In this document: positions 27,730 through 38,305 of the stretch, piece by piece | Numbering within the stretch: position 1 is the first letter of the stretch | How the letters are laid out: each line of letters opens with the position of its first letter | NCBI GenBank assembly: GCA_965198115.1 | Contig: OZ240241.1 | Coordinates: forward strand, 1,408,001 to 1,472,000 | DNA length: 64,000 bases | DNA from: Candidatus Latescibacterota bacterium | Lineage (GTDB): Bacteria; Latescibacterota; UBA2968 | Direction: 5' to 3' | Program-made: the position numbers and the translations under genes | The notes under the pieces: generated by a model | The model's database searches: none | What the model saw: only the letters and a program-made list of their open reading frames with translations | What the model was told of the DNA's origin: nothing

Positions 27730-28575
27730 TCAGTCCTCCACGCCGGATACGCCCTCAGCGATGTGGAACCGCGTATCGGAGAGCCCATCGGGCGTCAGGA
27801 CGTGCACGATACCCGTCACCTTCTGGCTCAGCGTGCAACCGAACGCCTGCACGGCGTCACGAACGGGCGCCTTTGACAACCCTTGATCGCCATATTCTTC
27901 GGCATACTCCAAAGCCATACGTTCGAGCACCCCGACAACCCGGATCGCACGCGCGAACTGCGCCTCAAGCCGTATCAGCGGCGGCTGCGCGTCCTCGCCC
28001 TCACGCAGCAACCGGTTCTCGGCCGCCAAACCCCGTGATCTCGCCTGCTCCGCCCTCAGCGTCCCCCGGAGCGCCGCGTTTTGCCCTCGCGACTGCCGCA
28101 GTGCTGCCTGAAGCTGCCGGTAACCCATCGTGGCCACGTCGTCCAGTTTTCTTCCCAGAAACGATTGACGCGACATCGCCTCCCTCATCTCCTCATCCGA
28201 CACATCCAGAAGCGCAAGCATCTTCTTCTTCGAATCCCCCGAAACAGCCTTCAAAAATGACCGCGCGAGCGGACATTCCGACTCCACAACACGCTGCGCC
28301 ACGCGCATGAACTCCGAACTGCGCTGACGGCTCATCCCCAACTCACCAACCCACGCCACGAACCGGCCGTGGCCGATCGTCCCTTTCACCCAGATCAGAT
28401 ACTTCCCGATCGTCACCATCTCCTCCAAGACGCTCATCCCCACGTCCAGAATCCGCTGCTTGATACGATCCAGATCGAAATCAAGACCGTCCTGATACGC
28501 CGCCAGATCCGGCGCGGCTTCCGAGGCGGCGCCTGCAGACCTACGGCCAGATGTCGAAACCTCCGAATCCCTCAT
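27730..28575 (-). CDS. DUF3102-like protein of Mu-like elements
   Basis: IGKYLIWVKGTIGHGRFVAWV...FMRVA, then coiled coil; directly upstream of the transposase. Confidence 0.65.
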   Translation of the reverse strand: MRDSEVSTSGRRSAGAASEAAPDLAAYQDGLDFDLDRIKQRILDVGMSVLEEMVTIGKYLIWVKGTIGHGRFVAWVGELGMSRQRSSEFMRVAQRVVESECPLARSFLKAVSGDSKKKMLALLDVSDEEMREAMSRQSFLGRKLDDVATMGYRQLQAALRQSRGQNAALRGTLRAEQARSRGLAAENRLLREGEDAQPPLIRLEAQFARAIRVVGVLERMALEYAEEYGDQGLSKAPVRDAVQAFGCTLSQKVTGIVHVLTPDGLSDTRFHIAEGVSGVED

Positions 28576-28673
28576 TCCGACCTTCCTGTCATCAACGATT
28601 CCGGCTTTTTGCCCGGCGAGAGCCGCGACCTACCCTTACCTCCGCCCACACATCCTCATCCCATCCGCTCCAT

Positions 28674-29467
28674 TGTGACGCCTTGCGATAATTCTCCGCC
28701 CGGCTTAAGCTATTCGCAGAATAGGCAGAATCGTTTCAATACGGTTAACAGTGGAGACCGTTCCCTAATGAGTTGAGGGTCACCTAAGATCTGGCGGCCA
28801 TGCGACATAGTGCCATAGGAGTACTTACAAGGCGCAACGGCCAAAAGCGGTTGTCGGACCTACGCCTGATGTCCCTTTCTTTACGCGAACGCGTTTGGCA
28901 CATTCCGGGGGATCGGGACGCGAAACGCTCTCGACCTCCGACGGAGTCCACGACCGGCAGCACCGCCAGGGAGACGGCCGATTTTCTACCCCGCTTCGCC
29001 ATTTTCGGGAAGCACCTTCAAAGCCGCCTTGTCGACAGACGCAAGCTCTTGTTTTTGCACTGGTTTAAGTGTTTCCGACACCTGAAAAAACCCCCTTTCG
29101 TCGACAACGGCCGCGATGCGCCCTCCGGAACGAAAATTAGGACGGATTAGTAAAAGAAACGGTCTCAACCGGTGTCCAAAAGAGAGCTGACCGTTTCCAC
29201 CCCCCCTACCCCCCCGGTGCGGGCCTCGGGCCAGCGACGCGCCCAGGGCCAACACCGCGCACCCCCCTATGCCCGCTGGGACCTGGCCTGACCACGTCTT
29301 GAGCCTAATCGGTCCTATTTCTCGCGGCGTGTGGGAAAATGAAAAAGGGCGCGGTCTACATCGGAACGCCCAGAGAGTTCATCCCCCTTAGCCCCGGGTC
29401 GTCAGTTCTTGGTGCGTGAGAATGCGAATAGCGTAACTTGGGAGGGAACCTATCGTAAGCCGTAACA
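28674..29467. mobile_element. 794-bp non-autonomous TGT...ACA element, copy 2
   Basis: Same orientation and apparently identical to 18120-18913 (offset 10554). Confidence 0.85.
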
Positions 29468-30126
29468 TCTGTAGAGCCCGGTATGCAGCCAGGGAAACCT
29501 CTGCGTCGGCCTCGACGTCGCGCACCCGGGGAACGTCTAACGGGAGCTTCTGGTCCATCAGATACACGGATCCCTTCTGGCTTCCCCACCGACGATGCGC
29601 CTGCTCCGAACCTTTGCGCGCATACCGAACACCTGCGAGCTGCTCGACCTCCTGCTGGAGGAGGTCTGCCACTGCCTCCAGACCCAACGGGATCAACGCC
29701 TGGATCACCGACAAACGCGTCTCCAAATCGATGCCATCGCCCTCAACCTTGACTTCACCATCGCCTGCAAATAGCTTCTCCATCTGGGCTCCTTTCTTAC
29801 GGGTATACGCTCCTACACGTCTACCCAACGTAAGTTTGGAGCCCTCTAAGTTTCAACTACGATAGGCACAACACCGATGAACCAAGGCATGCCGATCCTC
29901 CTTGACACAGCAACACACGTTCAGTCAGACTTGAATTTTCGGGAGGCACCCATCGTCAATCCATTGTTTGAACCGAGTTCGTCCCCACAAGGTTCAACTG
30001 GTTTGCATTCCTTGCCCTGGCCTCTGCGCCGCCACAATCATTCGGGCACTGCTCAGGCCTTCTGAGCGAAGTTGATCGACGTCAATCCATGCTGTCAGAG
30101 ACGATCAGGATGCTCGCAGACGCTCC

Positions 30127-30339
30127 TTATCTGCCTTTTGAGAGGTCCAGAGTGTATATCTGACCTGCACGAATGAGATGGACATTCTTTAGCCGTGCGC
30201 CGGGTGCTGGCCCTCCTGCCTGCAGGATCTGTTCCAGTGCCGTGATCCGGCCTTTGAGCGGATAGATCCCCGGACCCGAACGGTGCTCAGCAAGAAAATG
30301 CCGATTAAGTGAGCCGAGCACATAGACTTTCTTGCTTAG
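30127..30339 (-). pseudogene. SLBB-domain (polysaccharide export) fragment truncated by IS630
   Basis: KVYVLGS...PGIYPL...ILQAGGP...ARLKNVHLIR. Confidence 0.65.
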
Positions 30340-31090
30340 TACTCCTGTTCGCAAATACGGTGACGTATTCTAAGCAGACTTTGCCAAGGGCGTATCGTAG
30401 AACCTGAGTTTGTCGATCATCTCCGCGAGATCTGTTCGTGTGAACTTCCATTTGAAGGGTGTGGCGATACGTCCGTAGCGTTCCTGAAAACCGAGGATTC
30501 TTGCCTCAAGCTCTTCGAGCGATGCAAATTCGATAGGTGTCAGAGCCTTGCGTTTGAGGATCGAGAAGTAGATCTCGATCTGATTGAGCCAGCTTGCGTG
30601 GATCGGAAGGTGAACGGGGTGGATGTTTGGCCACTTCCCCTGGATACGGTCGATGCATGTTTGCCCTCGGTGCGAGGAGCCATTATCCACGATGAGGTAG
30701 ACTTTCTTTGCCGAGCAATAGGGTTTCCTGCTCATGATCAGGCTCAGGAGCCGGTTGAAGGGCTCGATACCCGAAGAAGACTCACAGAGACCGAAGATTC
30801 GACCATTGTGCACGTCGAGAGCAGCCAGATAGGCCAGGGCTCCTTTCCGCTCGTATTCGTGTTTCAACGCGTGCCGCTCTGTTCGAGGCTGGCGGTAGGG
30901 TAACGTGCTTGCGAGCTCGTGCTTGAATACTGGTCTTTTCGTCGGCAGAAAGTACATATTCCCTCGGCCCTAAAGGCTTTCCTTGCCATTGGCGGTGATA
31001 CAGATCAAGGACTCTACCTGCTTTGGTTTGGAAGTCCGGGTCCCGTGGGAAAATCCAGGAGCGATGATACCAAGGACGAATCGCGTCCTC
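30340..31090 (-). mobile_element. IS630-family element, 5'-truncated copy
   Basis: Matches ~61135-61885; DEK, DNGSSH, SWLNQIE. Confidence 0.9.
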
Positions 31091-31505
31091 TGAACTCAGA
31101 CACAAGCCGTTCGATTGGCCCACCTGTTCTGATGACTTGGGTCAGGTTGTCGATCTCACGTTCCATTCTCCTGATCATCCCTCCAAGATGCTTCATACGG
31201 GCTGGTGAGTCCGACTTCTGAAGTTGCTCATTCACGTCTTTCAGGAGAACGTCCACTGTCTCGCCAGCCAGCAGTGTGCTTGACAGCAAGTCCATAACGG
31301 CATTCTCGATCCCATCACGAGATAGCGTCCGCCCGTTCGTACAGACGGCATTGCCACGCTTCGAATGATAGCCGCATCGATAATACTGCCGAACTTGCTT
31401 TCGGGCCCTGATCGTGTTCATGTGATAGTTCCCCCCACAGCAGCTACAACGGATCAGTCCAGTCAGGAGATAGGGTGAGATCATCTTATCGGCGAAAACC
31501 TTCCG
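31091..31505 (-). pseudogene. Large serine recombinase zinc-ribbon/coiled-coil fragment
   Basis: YLLTGLIRCSCCGG...YYRC...CTN...IENAV. Confidence 0.75.
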
Positions 31506-31523
31506 TTGGGAGTAGGAGAACAG

Positions 31524-32339
31524 ATGCAACCCTATGAGATCAAAACCCATCGAATCGGTCGGCGCCGCTACTGCTACACCGACGAAGACGCCGGGAAAGC
31601 CGTCGTACTCCTGCACGGTCACCTCATCGCCGAGAATCAATGGGACCCACAGATCCCCGCGCTCACACAAGCCGGCTACCACGTCATCTGTCCCCACCGG
31701 GCGGGCATGGGAAACAGCGACATCTGTGAACACATGTCGGACGCGGCGGATGCGGACGACACCTTCGCCCTGCTCAACGCGCTGGGCGTGGAAAAATGCG
31801 TGGCCGTCGGACACAGCGCCGGAAACGCCCACGCGCGCCAGATGTTCCTCTCCCACCCCAGCAGAGTCGAAGCCGCCGTCTTCATCGACGGCCTGTACTA
31901 TTTGTCCGGAAAAGCCTCCAGGCTGGGAACCGAACGCTACAGCCCCGAAGTCCGCGCCCTGTACAAAAAAAACAAAGCCATCCTCATCGCCCACGACCTC
32001 CCCTGGTACTACCCCAGCGAATTCAACGTGCAACTCCTCAAAGACTGGGTCGAATGGAACCGTGAACACCCCGGCCTCAAGGACAAACTCAAACGCCGGG
32101 ACGATCCCGCAAACTGCCCCATTCCATCCGGAAAATACTGCAAAATCCCCCTGCTCGTCATCGCCTCCGGATGGGGCAAAATCCGTCCCGACGATCCCGA
32201 AGCGGCCGAACTCCGGGAAAGACTTCCCGCAGAAAACGCCGAACTCGTCGTCGCCACCGAATGCGGGCACTACGTCCAGCTCGAGCAGTCCGGGATTGTA
32301 AACAAAAAGCTGCTTGAGTTCCTCGGCTCACTTCAATAG
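31524..32339 (+). CDS. Alpha/beta hydrolase
   Basis: VLLHG, GHSAG nucleophile elbow, CGHYVQLE; AGGAG RBS. Confidence 0.9.
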   Translation: MQPYEIKTHRIGRRRYCYTDEDAGKAVVLLHGHLIAENQWDPQIPALTQAGYHVICPHRAGMGNSDICEHMSDAADADDTFALLNALGVEKCVAVGHSAGNAHARQMFLSHPSRVEAAVFIDGLYYLSGKASRLGTERYSPEVRALYKKNKAILIAHDLPWYYPSEFNVQLLKDWVEWNREHPGLKDKLKRRDDPANCPIPSGKYCKIPLLVIASGWGKIRPDDPEAAELRERLPAENAELVVATECGHYVQLEQSGIVNKKLLEFLGSLQ

Positions 32340-32396
32340 AAAAACGGCAAATGGCTCGGCCTGGATTGCCAGTTTCTAAAAAGGGGACGCCCTCGA

Positions 32397-32696
32397 TGGT
32401 CACAATCGACAACACCACAAACCTCAAAGCAGCCCATCTGCCCTCCGACGAAAACGACCTGAGCCGACGCTACCTCCGCATGCTCGAAGCCTGGATCCCC
32501 GTCGGCGTGGAATACTTCACCGACTGGCCGGACCGCCCCAACTGCGACCACTTCTTCGGCGGCTGTCACTGGTACGGCAATGAAACCAACGCCCCTGCCG
32601 AAGCCTTTGCCCTGGCCAGCGTCTCCCCCGAATACGACGGTAAAACCGTCGGCGTCTCCAGGTCGGACCTCCGCGAAATGGCCATCAAGGGCCTCG
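32397..32696 (+). pseudogene. N-terminal fragment of a hypothetical protein
   Basis: Same C-rich codon style as the upstream gene; broken at an ISCR fragment. Confidence 0.45.
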
Positions 32697-32858
32697 CCAG
32701 GGCCACAAGAAGTGCTTGAGGAGGGCTGCACTCACGCCGAACAGTCCCCGGCACCCCGATCGCAGCCCGTCTACCGCCACTCCTGGGCCCGGCTCCTTGC
32801 ACGCGTCTTTCGGATCGATGTGACGGAATGCCCGTCGTGTGGCGGCAAGATGAAGATT
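32697..32858 (+). mobile_element. ISCR/IS91-family transposase fragment
   Basis: GPQEV...SWARLLARVFRIDVTECPSCGGKMKI, paralogous to ~12015-12170. Confidence 0.8.
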
Positions 32859-32994
32859 CGGAAGTGGACCGGATAGAGACGGGAGATCAGCATCCGTGTC
32901 TGTCACACATTTCAACCCATAGCAGCGACCCGCACCGGAAGATCCGTGTAACTTCTGCCGTTACGGACCAAGGGGACAATTGTGCATTGAGATG

Positions 32995-33014
32995 GACTCC
33001 CCTCGGGGTCACCA
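32995..33014 (+). other. tRNA 3'-end fragment (tRNA-Glu-like), probable att site
   Basis: GACTCCCCTCGGGGTCACCA resembles T-stem 3' strand + acceptor strand + CCA; no 5' half upstream. Confidence 0.55.
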
Positions 33015-33024
33015 TTTGACAATG

Positions 33025-33064
33025 AAAAGCGCCCTTTCGGGGATAAACCGAAGGGGCGCTTTTG
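33025..33064. terminator. Bidirectional rho-independent terminator
   Basis: AAAAGCGCCCTTTCGG...CCGAAGGGGCGCTTTT. Confidence 0.75.
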
Positions 33065-33548
33065 TGTCTCAGAAGACAGAGGTCAGAGGTCAGGATTGGC
33101 TCTGTTACTCTACTGGCACCCTTACGGTAAACGTGCTACCGCTCCTCACCTCGCTCTCTCTCGTAATCAGCCCCAACCTCGTCCCTTCTGCACGCTGCTC
33201 TCCGAACCTTCGGCCTGACGGAATTCATGGCAGATGGTCTGCAGCTCATCGTCGCCTACGCCCGCACACGCGATAGCCGTATCCGTTGGGAGCGTGACCG
33301 GCTGCAGGAGGCAACAGAGGTTCAATTGACGTGGAATCTGAACGAGACGGCGAGATAGCCATCCACTTCACCGTCCGCCCTGTTCCCATACATCTCAGTG
33401 TGTTGATTATTTTCACTCATTTTATTGAATGATGGCCTATGTCTGGGGCCTTCTCCAGTATGGCATCCCTTTTGCGAGATCTATGGATCAGAAGACGGGA
33501 ACGACGGTGCTGCGACGTTGATAGAAGGCAAACCTATTGGAGGAGAGT

Positions 33549-33972
33549 ATGATAAGGGTTCAGATAATGATCGTTTTTTCTTTTCTCATCTTAACGACGG
33601 TCGGCTGTGATGGGCAGTCATCTCCAACCGGCAATGAGAACGGGAGTTTCGACTTCGACAACGACCTCGAACTCGTAGGGACGTGGGTCGGGGTGTCGTC
33701 CACCAATCCAGAGATAACCGACGAGGCCGCTCGTATTACCACGCTTGTGCTCCGCGCCGACGAGACGCAAAACACGAATATTGCGACTGGATTTGGCGAG
33801 TTGCCCATCTCCCTCTCAGGCACGTGGGAAATCGTAGGGGGGAAATTGATCATCTCTATTCTATCTACGCCGCAGGCGAGACCACAACCACTTCAGATTC
33901 CTACACGATCCGAGGAGATCGCCTGACGCTGGTCGATGACGATAATGGCTTTGTGGAAATCTGGGAGCGATA
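33549..33972 (+). pseudogene. Lipocalin-like lipoprotein, frameshifted near 33860
   Basis: Lipobox TVGC, ELVGTW, GTWEIVGGKL, YTIRGDRLTL in second frame. Confidence 0.6.
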
Positions 33973-34069
33973 GGGGGGTTGATTCCGGCGACAGACCGCA
34001 CACACCACGGCCCCCGTCGGCATCACGATGGCGGGGGCTTCTCCTTTGCCCGGTTGTTGGAAAGGGGAC

Positions 34070-34345
34070 TCAGGCCGTCTGGATGTATTCCACCGGCACC
34101 CGCACCGTAAACGTACTCCCCCGACCTACCTCGCTCTCCACGCCGATGGTCCCGCCCAGCAGCTCCGCGAACTTCTTCGTAATCGACAGCCCCAGCCCGG
34201 TGCCCTTCTGAACGCTGCTCTCGCTGCCTTCGGCCTGACGGTATTCGTCGAAGATGGTCGGTAGCTCGTCGGCTGGGATTCCCTTGCCGGTGTCGGTGAC
34301 GGCGATGACCAACGCGCCATCCTCGCTGGCCGCGCTCCCGGTCAC
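34070..34345 (-). pseudogene. Histidine kinase HATPase_c C-terminal fragment
   Basis: [24 protein letters not shown]; no sensor or HisKA part. Confidence 0.85.
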
Positions 34346-34769
34346 GCTGCCACTTTCGGTTTGTGGACGTTTGTTTGATCAATTAAGAAAACGCTCCAAA
34401 TCCGTACTGCTTCGGTCAGACTGCTTCGCGCAAGACTGCCGACACGTACTCAAGTCGCTTCTTCTTTCCGTAGTTCCTGATGTTGCCGTCGTAGTTCGTC
34501 ATCATCTCATCGGTCCAGTCTCCGCTGAGGCGACAACCCCATAGCAAGCGAGTTCACGACGTCGTCGGGAATCGCGACGTGGTTCTGGATGAATGCCTTC
34601 GAATCGATATCGGCGAAATAGAAGCGAACTGGTGAAATTCCTCCCAATTTACTCTGTCACTGTCTTCAGCCACGCCCGCCCACCGGGCATGTTGCGCGAC
34701 GCTCTACCGACGAAGGATTCAGGCAGATCAATCATGGAAGGCTGCTCGACCCTGGGATGAATCGCCCGA

Positions 34770-36554
34770 TCACCGCTCCCGCGTGAGGTGCCAGGCGTCG
34801 CTGTGTTCGCACGCGTAGACCTTCAGCGACACGCCCTGCTCCTTTCGCAGGATGTCCGCTCTTCGCTCCGCGTCCCGGCGACTTCGATAGGCCTCTTTTT
34901 GGCTCTATCCGGGTTTCTCAACGGTGAAACTATAGAATGACAAGGTCATAGATCGTTCCCTACGCTTGGTTGTGTGTGTAGGACAATCAAAGCGAAGGGG
35001 GTGCGACCTATGACCGGGAGCAGATTACTATCGAAACTGCTGAGATTCAAGGGGTTCCGTGTTGTCAGCTGGTGGTTTGAGGGGAGAAGCTGTTTCGTCA
35101 TCGCCGTAAAGCCACATAAGAATGGTTGTTGTTGTCCGGAGTGCGGCCGTCGAGGTAAAATCGTCCGCACAATGCCCCATCCGCGTCGGTGGCGTGACAT
35201 TCCGGTGTGCGGGTGGAGGGTCTGGCTTCTCTACCATCCTCGGGAGATTCGGTGTCCTACCCACGGTCGTGTGGTCGAGGAGATTCCGTGGGCGGAGCGG
35301 TTCTCTCGGGTGACGTATCGCTTCGAGTATGCCATGCTGCGCTACTGCCAGACCATGACGCAGAAGGCGGCGTCCGAGTTACTGCGCATCTCTGCCTCGA
35401 CGCTGTCGGATCTCCTTCACCGATCCATCACGCGGCTTCGTGAAGGTCATCGTATCCGAGGGCTCAAAACCATCGGGATCGACGAGATCTCCTACGCCAA
35501 GCGTCACAGGTACGCCACGCTCGTTTACGATCTGGACCGCTCCTGCGTGGTGTGGGTTGGCCGCGGCAGGGCGCGTAAAACGATCGATCGGTTCTTCACA
35601 GAGGCTCTCAGTCCCTACCAGAGATCCAAGATCGAGTGGGCCTGCTGCGACATGAGCGAAGCTTACATCGGAGCCATCCAGGAACACTGTCCGAATGCCA
35701 AGCTGGTCCTCGATCGCTTTCACATCGTCAAGGCTCTCAATGCCGCCGTTGACGAGGTCCGTAAGGACCAGTGGCGTAAAGCTGCCCCGGATGAGCGCAA
35801 AGCCATGAAGGGCCTCCGATGGCTCCTCTACCGGCACTCAGCGACACGCTCCAGAGGGGATACTCGGACACTCAAAGCACTGGAGAAGGCGAACTACCGA
35901 ATCTATAGAGCCTGGAGACTCAAGGACGAGTTCGAGCAGTTCTGGGAATACAAAGCGCCCTGGGCTGCCGAACGCTTCCTGAAATGCTGGACGACGTCCG
36001 CACTCAGAAGTCGACTTGAACCCCTGCGAAAGTTCGTCAGGACCCTGCGACAGCACTTCTTCGGCGTCCTCGCATTCGTGAACACGCGTCTTACCAACGC
36101 CATCGCCGAAGGCCTCAACCGAATCGTCCAAATCGTCAAGAACCGAGCCAGCGGATTCCGCACACTCGACGCATTCAACGATATGATCTTCCTTACCGTC
36201 GGAGACATAAACATCCCTGAGCAGATTCCGAAGAGGTTCCGCACACGCTAACCGCGCCCCCATGCCAGGAACCACGGCACCTTCACCCACTTCAGCTCGT
36301 TGAGAGATCCGGATATAGCCCTCTTTTTGCTCACCGTTCGCGCCCTTGCAGAAGGGACATTTCTCGCTCGGCGTTACCCTGTCCTTGGGCGAGAGATGCC
36401 ACTTGCCGCATACACTGCAGGCATAGGGCACGAGATTGCTGCGATAGGTGTCATTCGCGTATCCAGCGCCGTCCTCGGCTTCTTCCAGCGAGTCAAACTC
36501 TGTCAGAGGCTTTCCGGAGACCTTGCCGATGCAGGTTGTGCTCTTTCCGCTCAT
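34770..36554 (-). pseudogene. Small two-repeat Cys/His (zinc-finger-like) protein split by ISL3
   Basis: N-part ...YACSVCGKWHLS...EQKE rejoins AYRSRRDAERR...VYACEHSDAWHLTRER* across the TSD. Confidence 0.75.
34901..36320 (+). mobile_element. ISL3-family element, copy 2 (transposase 34974-36251)
   Basis: Same IRs as copy 1; 8-bp TSD CTCTTTTT. Confidence 0.95.
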
Positions 36555-37009
36555 GGGGTGGCTGCCAGCGGCCCCGATGAAAATCGAAGGAATCGCGTCT
36601 GGCCTTCCGCACGTGTTTCCGCGACGACGCGATAGGTCCGGTCCAGCTTCTCAAGCCAGCCGTCAAAGCTCAGTTCGTTCTGCACATAGCGCTGCATGAG
36701 GATGTGGTCCTATACCGATCGCGAGTCCGAGGACATTGATGAGAGTATGGACTTTGTGACGCAGCACGTTGCGCTTGAGTTGCTCGCTCCACGCAAGTGC
36801 CTTTCACAGAATCCTTGGTCACGCCAATTCTGGGTAGGTCATCGGCACCCGCACCGTAAACGTGCTGCCCTTACCCACTTCGCTCCCTTCGGTTGCTCGG
36901 CTTGACGGCACGCCTACCTACAGCAGGCGTAGGCAATCCTGATATCGATATCTGAAATGGGAAAAGAAGAATCAGCACTTACGCCGCCGCTCCATTAATA
37001 ACAGTTTGG

Positions 37010-37580
37010 CGGACTCACGCACGAGCCGGGCGCCGAGCACCGATATTCGAACTATGGGTACGTCCTGCTTGGGGCACTCATCGAAAAAGTGAGCGGCATG
37101 TCGTACTACGAGTACGTGCGAAGCAAGGTCTTCCAGCCGGCCGGCATGGAGTCCACCGACTCGCTGCCCGAAGCCGACGAAGTGCCGAACCGCGCCATTG
37201 GGTACATGAGGCGAGACGGCGCGTGGTTATCGAATGCCGACACACTCCCGTGGAGGGGTACTGCGGCTGGTGGGGGCTACTCGACCGTCGGTGACCTCCT
37301 CCGGTTCGCCCAGGCGCTAGAGTCGGGTATGCTGATATCGAAGACGATGCTGGCTGAAGCGACGAGGCCGCAGGCACAGCAGTACGGGTATGGCTTCGGG
37401 GTCTGGGGAGAAGGGCCGCTGCAGGGCTACGGTCACGGCGGCGGAGCACCCGGGATGAATGGGGATCTTCGCGTGTTCCCACAGCTTGGGTACGTGCTCG
37501 TTGGCCTCAGCAATCTCGACCCGCCAGCGGCCTTCCGCTTCGTTGAGTACTTCGCGCTCCGAATGCCGGCGACGCCGTAG
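37010..37580 (+). pseudogene. Serine hydrolase (beta-lactamase family) C-terminal part
   Basis: EPGAEHRYSNYGY, GGGYSTVGDL, GHGGGAPG; SxxK region missing. Confidence 0.8.
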
Positions 37581-37983
37581 AGCGCCTTAAACTCAGGGGG
37601 CTCGCCGGCGGGGAGCCTTATCGAACGGTGTCGCCATCCGACCGTGCTCCGAGGCAGGCGTTCCAAGATACATCTCCCCCTCCATTCCGAGAGGGGCGAC
37701 GATCTCCTTGACTACCAAGCTCGTCCAGATTACTCCCGACACCACGCACGATGCCGGCGATCCAACCGATCGCCAGGCCGTGGTAACAGGCTGTGGACCG
37801 GTGGGAAGATCGGCTCAAGCAGGGCGACCTCGTCCACGGACAGATCCAGGTCGGCCCAGGGTCCTCGCAGCAAGCTTGCATGCCCTGCTCCTCCTGTTGT
37901 AGACTATAGGTTAGAAAGGAAGCATCGGTTGTGGTATCGACTGAGTGGGCTGGCACGTAGTTTACACCGAAGGGTGGTAAAAG

Positions 37984-38184
37984 TTGGCAGAAGGCACAGT
38001 CAAATGGTTCAACGACAGTAAAGGATTTGGCTTCATCGAGCAGGAAGGGGGCGAGGATGTTTTCGTCCACTTCTCTGCGATTGAAGGCGACGGTTTCAAG
38101 TCGCTTGCCGAGGGCGATGCTGTGGAGTTCGAGGTCCAGCAGGGACCCAAGGGTCTTCAGGCTTCGAACGTCGTCAAGAAGTAA
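37984..38184 (+). CDS. cspA: Cold-shock protein (CspA family)
   Basis: [31 protein letters not shown]; TTG start. Confidence 0.95.
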   Translation: MAEGTVKWFNDSKGFGFIEQEGGEDVFVHFSAIEGDGFKSLAEGDAVEFEVQQGPKGLQASNVVKK

Positions 38185-38204
38185 GTTCGCTATAGACGTT
38201 GAGC

Positions 38205-38245
38205 AAGGGCGCTATCTCCGATGGGGTAGCGCCTTATTCTTTACT
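38205..38245 (+). terminator. Rho-independent terminator after csp
   Basis: GGGCGCTATCTC...GGGGTAGCGCC followed by a T-rich tract. Confidence 0.7.
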
Positions 38246-38305
38246 CCTTTTGTAATTTATGGATGGGTAGAGCTTCCATCAATCACGTTGCATAAGGACA
38301 AGTCA

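Larger units (their letters stand above)
18120..29467. mobile_element. Apparent composite transposon bounded by two direct copies of a 794-bp element
   Basis: 7-bp TSD TCTGTAG at 18113-18119 and 29468-29474; removal restores the IS256-B reading frame (AAYRALQTPKKTDEGLLLRV). Confidence 0.7.
15856..29875 (-). mobile_element. IS256-family type B element split into three pieces (29468-29875, 17652-18119, 15856-16277); right end lost
   Basis: Pieces rejoin into a protein colinear with 52212-53459; left IR GGTGTTGTGCCTATCGTAGTTGAAACT at 29875. Confidence 0.9.

Noticed and set aside
29968-29980. 13-bp match to the palindrome upstream of the sigma gene
   Set aside because: Matches of this length are expected by chance within 64 kb and no gene start is associated
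31014-32270. 418-aa minus-strand ORF
   Set aside because: Mostly antisense to the alpha/beta hydrolase; only the recombinase fragment is meaningful
32940-33014. Complete tRNA gene
   Set aside because: No D-arm, anticodon arm or GTTC; only a 3' fragment is present
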